From a virus (Duplodnaviria > Caudoviricetes), in IMG/VR virus record IMGVR_UViG_3300017909_004140, positions 43,338 through 107,337 of that record: 64,000 nt of DNA. One strand, written 5' to 3'. The notes below the pieces were generated by a model. The model was given only the letters and a program-made list of their open reading frames with translations, was not told the DNA's origin and did no database searches. This document shows, one piece after another, positions 48,165 through 57,110 of this stretch. The position numbers and the translations under genes are program-made. Each line of letters opens with the position of its first letter. The first letter of the stretch is position 1.

Positions 48165-48432
48165 GGTATATAAGCTATTTGATGATCTATCAGTGGAACC
48201 AGATACTACTATTCTATCTGCGGCTTATGGTGTTCGAGACTCTATACCTTTTAGAGTAGAAGAGTGGTCTTGGGATGGTATACAAGGTAAAACAATAGTT
48301 TTACACTCTGAACACTGCCCTGCGCTAGTAATTACAGAAGAAGATCTTAAAAAGAAGTTTGATGTTGAAGGCAGCACTACTTTTAGAAAAACAGGGCAAT
48401 ACTATTTTTTGAACTATGACTTCTCTATTTAA
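48148..48432 (+). CDS. Hypothetical protein
   Basis: Coupled ORF. Confidence 0.55.
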   Translation: MLKKTEVYKLFDDLSVEPDTTILSAAYGVRDSIPFRVEEWSWDGIQGKTIVLHSEHCPALVITEEDLKKKFDVEGSTTFRKTGQYYFLNYDFSI

Positions 48433-48895
48433 AGGCACAGCAAACGCTGAACAACTATTTATATTAACCTATGCTGAGTTAGATAAGCATCAGATTGTTA
48501 ATAAAATTTCTCGTGACGAAACCTGGTATCGAGAAAGGCATGAAGGATGGACCTACATTCTCAATAAACTGATAAACAGTTTTAATGCAGAAGGCATGAA
48601 ATATCCTATCTGCATTATGTTTAAAGAGGGTAGCTATAATTGTTGTCATGGAGGACAACGACTAGCTGCAGCAATGAAATCAAATCTTACTACAGTACCT
48701 TGTATTATTGCATGGAGAAATTATGATATCGACAAAATTCCAGCTGACTCCCACTTCATTTCTGATTTACGAGAATTGGATTCTCTTAATCACGGTGATG
48801 TTGAGCGTATACATCTGAGTGGTGGCGGGTTCGAGATTTTAGTTAAGGATAGAAAGCATTGGGATCCAAATGACTATATGGACAAAACTACTTAG
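48416..48895 (+). CDS. ParB/Srx-like domain protein
   Basis: LINSFNAEGMKYPI...HGGQRLAAAMK...VPC. Confidence 0.6.
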   Translation: MTSLFKGTANAEQLFILTYAELDKHQIVNKISRDETWYRERHEGWTYILNKLINSFNAEGMKYPICIMFKEGSYNCCHGGQRLAAAMKSNLTTVPCIIAWRNYDIDKIPADSHFISDLRELDSLNHGDVERIHLSGGGFEILVKDRKHWDPNDYMDKTT

Positions 48896-49217
48896 TACAG
48901 TAGCAGCTACAGTGTTGCTATCGAACTCTGCTCTAGCTGAACTAGAGTGGAGACAGAAGCCTGTACAGTGTGGTCCTAAAGATAGTTTTTTGAACCTAAT
49001 ACTACAGGCTGATGAAATAGCACTAATGGCAGGGCTAGGACAAATAAAAGTACAAGGTTCTTATTATCGTGTTCCGATCTATATTTTTGCTAATACAGAG
49101 ACAGGCACTTTTACTATTGCAGAGATGCATATTGAGAATGATGAAATTTGTGTTTTAGCTTTTGGAGCCAACACAACTTTTGATGTAGAAACTCCTAACT
49201 TAACAGAGAGATGGTAA
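48870..49217 (+). CDS. Exported hypothetical protein (paralog of 61498)
   Basis: Signal peptide, KPVQCG...ICV. Confidence 0.6.
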   Translation: MTIWTKLLSTVAATVLLSNSALAELEWRQKPVQCGPKDSFLNLILQADEIALMAGLGQIKVQGSYYRVPIYIFANTETGTFTIAEMHIENDEICVLAFGANTTFDVETPNLTERW

Positions 49218-49390
49218 TGGAAAAATTTAACAAACGCCCCTTGAGGTTTGATTCTACTCCTAACTCTCCTATTTTACAGGAGATGCGCAAACCTCAACTA
49301 ATGCTGGTGAAGTATAATGACTATGGAGTACGTAAGTTGAAAAAAAGACTTAAAGACGCAGAAGAGTATAGTAAAAGAAAGTTTCGTTAA

Positions 49391-50050
49391 ATGAATATTT
49401 ACATCGGTTATGATCCAAAATACCCTAAAGTGTACGAAGCCTGCACTAATTCTATTTTTAGAAGCACTAACAGTCCTTCTTTCTACACTGTAACTCCTCT
49501 TGATCAACAAAAACTAAGAGACTCTAAAGTTTACTGGAGAGAAGAAGATGATAGAGCTTCTACTCCTTTTTCGCTTACTCGTTTTTTAGTTCCTCTATTG
49601 AACGGATATAATGGATGGGCGCTATACTGCGATAGCGACTTTATATTCTTAGATGATATTAGCAATCTACTTGCTCTAAAAGATGATACTAAAGCAGTGA
49701 TGGTAGTGCAACACGACTATGAACCAAAACTTGGTTTTAAAATGAACAGAAAGGTTAATCATACATATAGACGAAAGAATTGGTCTTCTCTTATGTTGTT
49801 TAACTGTTCTCATATTGCCTGTAAAGGATTAACTCCAGAGATAGTTAATGGTTTTGATCCTGCTGATTTACACCAGCTTGCTTGGTGCGATGAACATGAG
49901 ATAGGAGAGTTACCAACAAAATGGAATCATCTTGTGGGATACTATGATGATCCTAATCCTAGCGCAATTCATTTTACTGATGGAGGTCCGTGGTTATTAG
50001 GATATGAGAATGAACCTTTCGCAGATAAATGGAGAGAATATTGCTCATAG
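49391..50050 (+). CDS. GT8-like glycosyltransferase
   Basis: IYIGYD, STPFSLTRFLVP, YCDSDF, RKNWSS, WNHLVG, HFTDGGPW. Confidence 0.85.
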   Translation: MNIYIGYDPKYPKVYEACTNSIFRSTNSPSFYTVTPLDQQKLRDSKVYWREEDDRASTPFSLTRFLVPLLNGYNGWALYCDSDFIFLDDISNLLALKDDTKAVMVVQHDYEPKLGFKMNRKVNHTYRRKNWSSLMLFNCSHIACKGLTPEIVNGFDPADLHQLAWCDEHEIGELPTKWNHLVGYYDDPNPSAIHFTDGGPWLLGYENEPFADKWREYCS

Positions 50051-50589
50051 ATATTCTCAACTTTATTGATGATAGAGATGTTTATATCATTTCTTCTGGA
50101 GTTCCTCTACAAGACGTTAAGATTGAGGGAGCCCCTGTCTTAGTACGGCTTAACTCTAGTCGTCGGTGGGGAGACTGTGATATTTGGTTTAATAATCAGT
50201 CTCAAGATCCAAGATTTCAACGAGACTCTCGAGGCTCTGGTAATGAAAAATACATTATTCGTGCTAATGGAGATAATGATGGTGCAAATATGCGCCGTAA
50301 CTATCCAGAAGAGTTTTTACCACATACATACTTTTGGGATGTTGAAAACTGGAAAAATATGACAAAAGAGATGCAAATAGATAGACCTCTTACAGGAACT
50401 ATTGCTGCATACTGGTTTCACAAGTATACAGAATCTACTATACACTTAATAAACTATGACTTTTATGAACAAAACAAAATACACACTGTGAGAAATATTC
50501 CACAGCCTGCCCCTGTTCACAAGCCTTGGCTCGATAAGGCATTTCTAAATACTTTAGATAGAATACAGTATGGATGGATTATTCCATGA
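50029..50589 (+). CDS. Hypothetical protein, possibly glycosyltransferase-related (GT29-like)
   Basis: LVRLN...DIW...RPLTGTIA...YDFY..H pattern. Confidence 0.4.
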   Translation: MERILLIDILNFIDDRDVYIISSGVPLQDVKIEGAPVLVRLNSSRRWGDCDIWFNNQSQDPRFQRDSRGSGNEKYIIRANGDNDGANMRRNYPEEFLPHTYFWDVENWKNMTKEMQIDRPLTGTIAAYWFHKYTESTIHLINYDFYEQNKIHTVRNIPQPAPVHKPWLDKAFLNTLDRIQYGWIIP

Positions 50590-51548
50590 TTAAACACGCA
50601 TCAGTCGAAATAAATGGTGGGTGCAACTATGCTTGTCCTATGTGTCCTCAAGCAGAAGGGAGAGAAAAAGCATTTCTCAAAAAGTTACCACTAGAGACCT
50701 ATAGAAATATTATATCTCAACTAGCCGACCTTGGCTGTAAAGAGATAAATCTTCAAGGAAGTGGCGAGCCTTTATTAAATAAGAACATTGACGAGTATAT
50801 TAGATATGCTTTTAAAAATGGTATAGATTGTAATATTGTAACAAACGGTCATAATCTAACTGATGATATGTCAAGTAAATTGATTGACGCTGGGTTGAAA
50901 AACATCAGAGTTAGTGTAATTGGATATACACCTTCTCTCTATAAACAGTGGATGAGTAAAGATGCTTTTTCTACCGTCTACATGAACGTACATAAATTTA
51001 TGAAAAAAGCAAAAAGTTCTTACACAACTATTTCATCTTATCACTTAATTTTAGATAACGATAAAAAAGAAGAGGAAATACTAGCCTACAAACAGTCTTG
51101 GATTGATCCTCTACAAATTGAAGCAGAGATATGGGAAATGCATAATTGGGGAGGACAGTATGATACTCCATACTCTCGTGAAACTTTACAAAAACGTTCT
51201 TGTGGTAGACCTTTTGCTCCTTATCTAAATGTAAGAGCAGGAGGACTTGATGGAAAACATGGAGCAGTAGTTCCCTGTTGTTATGTGTTAGGGCAAGATT
51301 CAAAAGCAGTGCTAGGACATCTAGACACACAAACTATTGAAGAAGTATGGAACTCTGCTGAGTATGAACAATTACGTGCTGCTCATAGAGAAGAACAATT
51401 CGATTCTATAGACTACTGTAAAGACTGTGATCAACTCTATGACGCTCCTGATTCTTTAGTGTGGACTAATATAAAAGGCAAGAAATACGGACAACATAAG
51501 ATAGACAAATCATTTGACTTTAGGGATTTTGTTAAAGATGCGCGGTAA
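50574..51548 (+). CDS. Radical SAM enzyme with a SPASM/twitch domain
   Basis: CNYACPMCP, GSGEPLL, CGRPF...VPCC...LG...IEEVWN...CKDC. Confidence 0.9.
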   Translation: MDYSMIKHASVEINGGCNYACPMCPQAEGREKAFLKKLPLETYRNIISQLADLGCKEINLQGSGEPLLNKNIDEYIRYAFKNGIDCNIVTNGHNLTDDMSSKLIDAGLKNIRVSVIGYTPSLYKQWMSKDAFSTVYMNVHKFMKKAKSSYTTISSYHLILDNDKKEEEILAYKQSWIDPLQIEAEIWEMHNWGGQYDTPYSRETLQKRSCGRPFAPYLNVRAGGLDGKHGAVVPCCYVLGQDSKAVLGHLDTQTIEEVWNSAEYEQLRAAHREEQFDSIDYCKDCDQLYDAPDSLVWTNIKGKKYGQHKIDKSFDFRDFVKDAR

Positions 51549-52122
51549 GAAAATAAACTACAAACTACTAGATAGTGAAGTTCCAGCTTTTTCTGATACT
51601 AGCATTGAGTTTTTAGAGAAGGCTGTACGAAAAAATCATGTAGTTTTTGAGTGGGGATCAGGAGCTTCTACTTTTTGGTTCGCTGATAGGTGTCATACTA
51701 TTTGGAGTGTAGAGTACTTTAAATTATTTTATGATGAACTCGTTGAAAGAGCTGAAAATAGAATAAATGTTAACTTGATACTAAAAGAGCCTGATGAAAC
51801 AAAACAAGAAGTTGAGTATATAGCTAAAAACTCTTCAGCATCAGGATACTCTTTTAAAGCTTTTGCTCATTCAATTGATACTTTTAAAGATAGATATTTT
51901 GATTGGATAGTAATTGACGGTCGAGCCAGACCCAAATGTTTAGAGCTAGCTCTTCCTAAACTACGACTTGGAGGAAGTATCATTTTTGATGATTCTGAGC
52001 GAGGAGCTTATTTTGAAGCTATGATGAAGCACTCTCATCATTTTGACGGCATAATGCAGTTTTCAGGAGTTACTGTAGATAAAAAGAGAAATACCACTTC
52101 AATACTCTATAAGAAAAAATAG
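51538..52122 (+). CDS. Class I SAM methyltransferase
   Basis: VFEWGSGAST, SVE, FDWIVIDGRAR, GGSIIFDDSER. Confidence 0.8.
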   Translation: MRGKKINYKLLDSEVPAFSDTSIEFLEKAVRKNHVVFEWGSGASTFWFADRCHTIWSVEYFKLFYDELVERAENRINVNLILKEPDETKQEVEYIAKNSSASGYSFKAFAHSIDTFKDRYFDWIVIDGRARPKCLELALPKLRLGGSIIFDDSERGAYFEAMMKHSHHFDGIMQFSGVTVDKKRNTTSILYKKK

Positions 52123-52160
52123 TTCTTGCATTCTCAGCATTTTTTTGATATATTGTAATT

Positions 52161-52221
52161 GTAAGATTTGCCTAAGAGGGAGTCTTACTTTAATTCTTGC
52201 TTAATAAGGAGATATGCAATG
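52161..52221 (+). promoter_or_regulatory. ROSE-like RNA thermometer in the hsp20 5' UTR
   Basis: 5' hairpin GTAAGATT/AGTCTTAC, then TCTTGCTT-AAT-AAGGAGA with UUGCU paired to the SD and a bulged G; promoter TTGCAT-N17-TATATT at 52126-52154. Confidence 0.65.
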
Positions 52222-52650
52222 ACACATCTAACTACTATTGATTTAAATAGAATCACACCTTTTGCTGTAGGTTTTGATAGAATCTTTAACGATATGCATC
52301 GTTATATGGAACATCAATCCTCTTCCACAGCGTTTCCACCGTATAACATTATTAAAGATGGTAATAATTTTCAAATTGAGATAGCACTAGCTGGTGTTAA
52401 GAAAGAAGATTTGAAGATGGAAATGGCTGATGGCGTTTTAACTATTGAACACACTCCTGAGACTATTGAAGAGTCTAAAAAATGGGAGTGGTTACATCGC
52501 GGAATTTCACAACGTAAGTTTCGTCGTAAGTTTACTCTTGCTGATGATATTGTTGTGAACTCAGCTGCTATGGAAAACGGTATGTTGTATATTAATTTAG
52601 AACGTATCATTCCAGAAGAGAAAATGCCGAAGCTCATTGAGATCAAGTGA
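52219..52650 (+). CDS. Small heat shock protein (Hsp20/IbpA family)
   Basis: VGFDRIF, FPPYNI, IEIALAG, LHRGISQRKF.R.FTLAD, ENGML, IPEEK.PKLIEI. Confidence 0.95.
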   Translation: MTHLTTIDLNRITPFAVGFDRIFNDMHRYMEHQSSSTAFPPYNIIKDGNNFQIEIALAGVKKEDLKMEMADGVLTIEHTPETIEESKKWEWLHRGISQRKFRRKFTLADDIVVNSAAMENGMLYINLERIIPEEKMPKLIEIK

Positions 52651-52674
52651 TTTAGTCTTGACATATCAAATTTC

Positions 52675-52700
52675 AAGGGAGCTTATGGGCTCCCTTTTTT
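52675..52700 (+). terminator. Intrinsic terminator after hsp20
   Basis: AAGGGAGC-TTATGG-GCTCCCTT followed by a T run. Confidence 0.8.
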
Positions 52701-53315
52701 GTTTTCTGCTTGCCAATAGCCATAATATTTGATATTATAGGTTATAACTTTGAAAAGAGGTAAAAAGTGAAACACGAAATCGTATTTCAGCTTTATGCGA
52801 CAAGAATAAAAAACGTAGATAAAGTAATAGAGTCTTCCTATCCTGGGTCGTGGGCGAAGAAGTACTGGTCACTTGTTAAACGTAAACTCGAATTCAACTT
52901 ACAGACCTATATGATTGATCAGGGAGTAGTTACTTTATGCGACAAGCAGGATTAAAACCAAAAAATCACAGTAGCGGTGTTTACTGGGTTAGAGCATCGT
53001 CTGGTACTTCAGCAGGCGGAAAACAAGAAGAAAGCGAAGGACTAGGTTTTATAGGGGTATTATTTTTGATTATAGTATCTCCTATTTGGCTTACTCTGGT
53101 ACTAATTGATAGGTTGAATAAATGACTTGGCCACTACATATCCTACCTAAAAAATACGTAACTCCTTACTTAACTAGGATGTTCGTAGTGCTGTTTTTAC
53201 TTCCATATTTTATGGGGGTATATATGACAGAGCTGGGATTTTTGTTTTGCTTTGTGTTGTTTGATTTGTTAGAATATATCAGAGTTAAAGGATTGATACG
53301 AGAAGGGGCTTTGTA

Positions 53316-53615
53316 ATGGGTAAAGTTGGACAACTAGTGCTTGAAGCACAACTGTTTGCACAAGATCACTACAATATGGATCGCGATGAGTTTTATAAAC
53401 ACGCCGCTAACTATCAGTGGCAGTATCCGATTCAGTTACGCGAGGCTGTCTCTCACTGGGAAGAGATTCAGACTGATATGAAGCTGTTTGGTGATGATAT
53501 GGATGCATACTATGATGATCCTGAGTCACCACTATATGCTGACAGTGATCTTTCTCCAGAGGAGTTTTGTACTAGGATTGAAGAAGGTCGTAGTATAGAA
53601 AAGCCTCCTTACTAA
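53316..53615 (+). CDS. Hypothetical protein
   Basis: Last of a run of small coupled ORFs (52767-53615). Confidence 0.55.
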   Translation: MGKVGQLVLEAQLFAQDHYNMDRDEFYKHAANYQWQYPIQLREAVSHWEEIQTDMKLFGDDMDAYYDDPESPLYADSDLSPEEFCTRIEEGRSIEKPPY

Positions 53616-53624
53616 GATTACATT

Positions 53625-53711
53625 GCCCCTGTGGTGGAATTGGTAGACACACAGGACTTAAAATCCTGAGACCACTAGGTCGTGCGAGTTCGAGTCTCGC
53701 TGGGGGCACCA
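53625..53711 (+). tRNA. tRNA-Leu(UAA)
   Basis: CAGGA-CTTAAAA-TCCTG, long variable arm, CCA. Confidence 0.95.
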
Positions 53712-53715
53712 AATC

Positions 53716-53809
53716 AGTCCTGTAGTTTAACGGTAAAACACCCGGTTTATATTCGGCACAGTCTCCAGATTAGAGAGCGATGTGGGTTCGATTCCCGCCA
53801 GGACTACCA
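53716..53809 (+). tRNA. Atypical tRNA with UAU anticodon (nominally Ile) and a 24-nt variable arm
   Basis: AGTCCTG/CAGGACT-ACCA acceptor; GTTT/AAAC D stem; CCGG-TTTATAT-TCGG anticodon arm; GTGGG-TTCGATT-CCCGC T arm. Confidence 0.75.
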
Positions 53810-53811
53810 AA

Positions 53812-53885
53812 GCAGGAATGGTGTAGTGGTAACATGACAGTCTCCAAAACTGTAGACTGAGGTTCGATTCCTTGTTCCTGTGCCA
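53812..53885 (+). tRNA. tRNA-Trp(CCA)
   Basis: ACAGT-CTCCAAA-ACTGT, G73, CCA. Confidence 0.93.
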
Positions 53886-53888
53886 AAT

Positions 53889-53964
53889 GTGGGTGTGTCC
53901 GGAATGGTTACGGACCGGATTGCAAATCCGTGTTATAGGAGTTCGAGTCTCCTCACCCACTCCA
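53889..53964 (+). tRNA. tRNA-Cys(GCA)
   Basis: CGGA-TTGCAAA-TCCG, U73, CCA. Confidence 0.93.
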
Positions 53965-53969
53965 AAATA

Positions 53970-54053
53970 GCGCCTGTGGTGAAATTGGTAGACACGCAGG
54001 TTTTAGGTACCTGTGCTTATGGCATGGGGGTTCAAGTCCCTCCAGGCGCACCA
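53970..54053 (+). tRNA. tRNA-Leu(UAG)
   Basis: CAGGT-TTTAGGT-ACCTG, variable arm, CCA. Confidence 0.93.
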
Positions 54054-54065
54054 TATGAGGTAGTA

Positions 54066-54563
54066 ATGTATAAAGTAACGGCATACTTCGATAAAGAAAA
54101 GATTATCAAAAAGTTTTATGATATTTATGATGCCATTGATTTTAGAGATAATGCTGATGCACATTATCCTACAAGAGTAACATTTGAACAGGAGTTTAGT
54201 ATGAAGGAACTAGTTTATGATTCATGGAACGGTGTTATGAATGCCGACATCAATCCTTTAAAACACATACCTGACCTACAAGTTAGACACATGGTACTGC
54301 AAGTACTAGCGTGGATGTGGTGTATTGTATTTTCAATGTATGTTGGTAGCTTCTTTGTTATGGGAGTTTCAATGATTGCACATGCTATCCTACTAGCAGC
54401 AATCGTTGCTACTGTAGGCACTTTTAAAGTAGCAAAAGATAAGCCTGAGTTTTTTCTGAAAGGAAATGGATACCATAGCTATCCAAGAGCTAGGCAGCAT
54501 ATGTGGATTAACGGACAAAAAGTAGTACTAGATAAAAACGATCCTGGAGGTGAGCATGAGTAA
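54066..54563 (+). CDS. Hypothetical membrane protein (second in-frame start at 54201)
   Basis: GAGG RBS before 54066 and AGGAG before 54201; two TM segments. Confidence 0.65.
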   Translation: MYKVTAYFDKEKIIKKFYDIYDAIDFRDNADAHYPTRVTFEQEFSMKELVYDSWNGVMNADINPLKHIPDLQVRHMVLQVLAWMWCIVFSMYVGSFFVMGVSMIAHAILLAAIVATVGTFKVAKDKPEFFLKGNGYHSYPRARQHMWINGQKVVLDKNDPGGEHE

Positions 54564-54867
54564 AGGGTTTACATTTATTGCATCTGGCGACCGTCTGTCT
54601 TATGATGTTAAAGTTACACTAGATGAAGATGCTTCGTTAGAAGAAGTGTTAAACGCGTTTGAACATTTTCTACGCGCTTCTGGCTTTTACATTAGCATGG
54701 ATGATTATATTAGCATTGAAGAAGGTTTGGAGATTGATTTTACTCCAGAAGAGTCTTTTGATGATGATAAATTTAGTACACTACTAAAAGATGTTGATAA
54801 AATAATTCATAAAAGTAGTAATGTAGTTTCTTTACACAATAAGGAGGGTCAAGACAATGATGATTAA
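54556..54867 (+). CDS. Hypothetical protein
   Basis: GGAGG RBS; LEEVLNAFEHFLRASGF. Confidence 0.6.
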   Translation: MSKGFTFIASGDRLSYDVKVTLDEDASLEEVLNAFEHFLRASGFYISMDDYISIEEGLEIDFTPEESFDDDKFSTLLKDVDKIIHKSSNVVSLHNKEGQDNDD

Positions 54868-55048
54868 AGATAAACTGGCTACAGTTAACGATTCGCTTAC
54901 TATTTATCGTTATGATAATGGTTATATGGTAGAAGTAGGAGGCCGTGACTCAAAAGATGAATGGAAAAACGCTCGTATCTCTGTATCTTCAGTTAATGAG
55001 GCTATTGATCTTGTAACTGAGTTTTCTGAATTACCTATCAATGAATGA
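54857..55048 (+). CDS. Hypothetical protein
   Basis: YDNGYMVEVGGRD; AGGAGG RBS. Confidence 0.6.
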   Translation: MMIKDKLATVNDSLTIYRYDNGYMVEVGGRDSKDEWKNARISVSSVNEAIDLVTEFSELPINE

Positions 55049-55197
55049 TGGATCGAGCACTTAGAATTTCACGATCTACTTTTGCTAGAAAAAGAAGGCG
55101 TAAAGTAAAAGCTCTTCGTGAACACAGGTTGAGTTTGCTTTTTTCTAAGTTAAGAAAAGCAAGAAAAAAAGGAGGTTCTGCTCCCTCCGAAAAATGA
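55045..55197 (+). CDS. Very basic ~50-aa protein (not in ORF track)
   Basis: MMDRALRISRSTFARKRRRKVKALREHRLSLLFSKLRKARKKGGSAPSEK; ATGA coupling. Confidence 0.5.
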   Translation: MMDRALRISRSTFARKRRRKVKALREHRLSLLFSKLRKARKKGGSAPSEK

Positions 55198-55264
55198 GCA
55201 GATGGTGCCACCTGGGTAGGGTCGCAGCTTAATATGCGCGCGAGGAGCCACGGTTAGCTCCTCA
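55171..55264 (+). other. H-type pseudoknot plus hairpin RNA element
   Basis: GGAGG/CCTCC stem whose loop TCTGCTC pairs with GAGCAGA (55196-55202); GAGGAGC/GCTCCTC hairpin. Confidence 0.5.
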
Positions 55265-55284
55265 ACTTATCTATAGAGAGACAA

Positions 55285-55524
55285 ATGAGTGAATTTAGAT
55301 ACGGTATATTCAAACTATTAAGCAAGATACTAGGAGGTAATAGTCTAGTATTAGCAGTGGTTTATACTATTGGACATATAGCAATTGCAATGACTTGCAA
55401 TCGTATTATTACAGGAGCTGATTGGGCTCTTGCTGGAGTAGACGCTGTTATTGAGCCTTGTATAAACGGCGTCTGGTTTTACATACTACATAATATTTGG
55501 AGGAAATATAATGAAGCTAAATGA
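55285..55524 (+). CDS. DUF2061-like small membrane protein
   Basis: YTIGHIAIA...IEPCINGVWFYILH. Confidence 0.6.
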   Translation: MSEFRYGIFKLLSKILGGNSLVLAVVYTIGHIAIAMTCNRIITGADWALAGVDAVIEPCINGVWFYILHNIWRKYNEAK

Positions 55525-55753
55525 TATTAAAAAAGCGATTGGTGAAGGTACTGATTGGGATTTAGATTATGGAAAGCTACTAATTATTGCTTTGTGTATC
55601 TATATTGCAGTACAGGTGTCTTAATGCGTAAAACAAAATTTATAGAAGCGTGGAATAATACTGATAGTATTGAGATTGTTCTCTTTGCGTCTCTAGCTTT
55701 TTGCTTGGGATGGGGAGTTTACCATGTAACTATTGCCGCAGTGGAGAGATTTT

Positions 55754-55954
55754 TTGGCTAAGAAAAATAAATTAGATAAAGTATGGATGGTTCCAGAAGG
55801 CGAGTCTCGTTCTAGCGCCAGCTACCATTTTATACATCCTAAAACTCTATCTCAGATACGTAACGGTGTTAAACTGCGTATGAGAAAGTATCATCCTGTA
55901 AAAAGGCAGCACGTTTGGTTTGTAGAAACTCGTATGCCTCCACACAGTAAATAA
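55754..55954 (+). CDS. rpmG: Ribosomal protein bL33 (zinc-free, divergent)
   Basis: MAKK...KLRMRKYHPVKRQHVWFVE; GGAGAG RBS before TTG 55754. Confidence 0.75.
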   Translation: MAKKNKLDKVWMVPEGESRSSASYHFIHPKTLSQIRNGVKLRMRKYHPVKRQHVWFVETRMPPHSK

Positions 55955-56017
55955 ACACTTTACTTGCATATTGGTCGTATATCTGTTATTATATATTATA
56001 ATAATGGAGGATGACCA

Positions 56018-56659
56018 ATGGCAACTGCTTTTAACTTGATAAAGAACACTGCAAAGGCAGGCAATACAGTACTTGGAGTAGGATGTTATTCTGCTGTATT
56101 GATGAAAAAATCAAACGAAGCTCAAGTTATTAAGATTGGTACGTGCATGGAAGATCCGTGGTTGACGTACTACCATGAGATCATTGCACATAATCAGGAT
56201 AATCCTTTTGTTCCAAAAGTTTATTCTTTTAGACAGTTTGATGATTATTATGTTGCTATTATGGAGCATCTAGAACCAGCTATCAACGATGAGGGTGAGT
56301 GTGTTCGTGAGTATATGCACGGTACTCTAGGTTGGAGTGAGCCTGACTTTATAGATTGTTTTATAGGGTATGGCTACTCTACTAAAGAGTGTAACCAGTT
56401 GCTAGATCTGGTTACTAAAATTCACGAACTCACTGACTGCTATACAGAAGAAGATTGTAATCATGTTGAGGCAGTTCATAGTGGGGAGATATGGGGATAT
56501 AATAAATTAGACTTACACTATAATAATTTCATGACAAGAGATGGTATGAAGCTAGTTATTATTGATCCGTGGTGTAATGTAAATGTGGAAGATGTGCCTA
56601 GCGCAGAAGATTGGTATGAAAGAAGGGATAGTAAAGAATGGCGGAGGATAGAGAACTAA
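56018..56659 (+). CDS. Ser/Thr protein kinase-like protein
   Basis: LGVGCYSAV (Gly loop), VIKI, IMEHL, DLHYNNFM (catalytic loop), IIDP. Confidence 0.75.
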   Translation: MATAFNLIKNTAKAGNTVLGVGCYSAVLMKKSNEAQVIKIGTCMEDPWLTYYHEIIAHNQDNPFVPKVYSFRQFDDYYVAIMEHLEPAINDEGECVREYMHGTLGWSEPDFIDCFIGYGYSTKECNQLLDLVTKIHELTDCYTEEDCNHVEAVHSGEIWGYNKLDLHYNNFMTRDGMKLVIIDPWCNVNVEDVPSAEDWYERRDSKEWRRIEN

Positions 56660-56821
56660 CACAAAAACTAACTGTTGTTTTAACGGAGTTAGGAGACTTG
56701 ATGAAAGAACGCAAAGATAAAATAGAGTCTTTGCGTAGTGAGATTACTATGATAGAAAATGAGAACGAAGATCTCGAAAAAAAGATACAAGAGATCATGA
56801 TGGGCTTTTAAAGGAGAGAAT

Positions 56822-57109
56822 ATGCTAGGTAAAGATTTTTGGGAAGATTTAGACATAGATGCTTACGAGGTAGACACACAACTTGAAGAAGTAGCAAAAG
56901 TGCTAGTCGATCAGTGGGGTAAATCTCTTACTGAAGCTGACCTACTAAAACTTAATGCCTATAGTAGTGCAGCTGAGGTAACTACTGAAACTATCATTGC
57001 AAAGCATGCACTAGCATACTATAATACTCAAGGTTATACTCCAGATTTTATCCATCAACATAAAACATCTACCAAAACGCCTTGGTGGAAATTCTGGAAA
57101 AGGAAATAG
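56822..57109 (+). CDS. Hypothetical protein
   Basis: AGGAG RBS; C-terminal KTPWWKFWKRK amphipathic motif. Confidence 0.6.
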   Translation: MLGKDFWEDLDIDAYEVDTQLEEVAKVLVDQWGKSLTEADLLKLNAYSSAAEVTTETIIAKHALAYYNTQGYTPDFIHQHKTSTKTPWWKFWKRK

Positions 57110-57110
57110 T

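Noticed and set aside
53727-54065. ORF 53727-53960 (-) and the N-terminal extension of 53880-54563
   Set aside because: They overlap clear tRNA genes; the real start is 54066
55171-55202. preQ1-I riboswitch or -1 frameshift signal
   Set aside because: The topology is similar but the loop is shorter and pairs fully with the 3' strand, no queuosine genes follow, and the A7 run abuts the stem with no spacer
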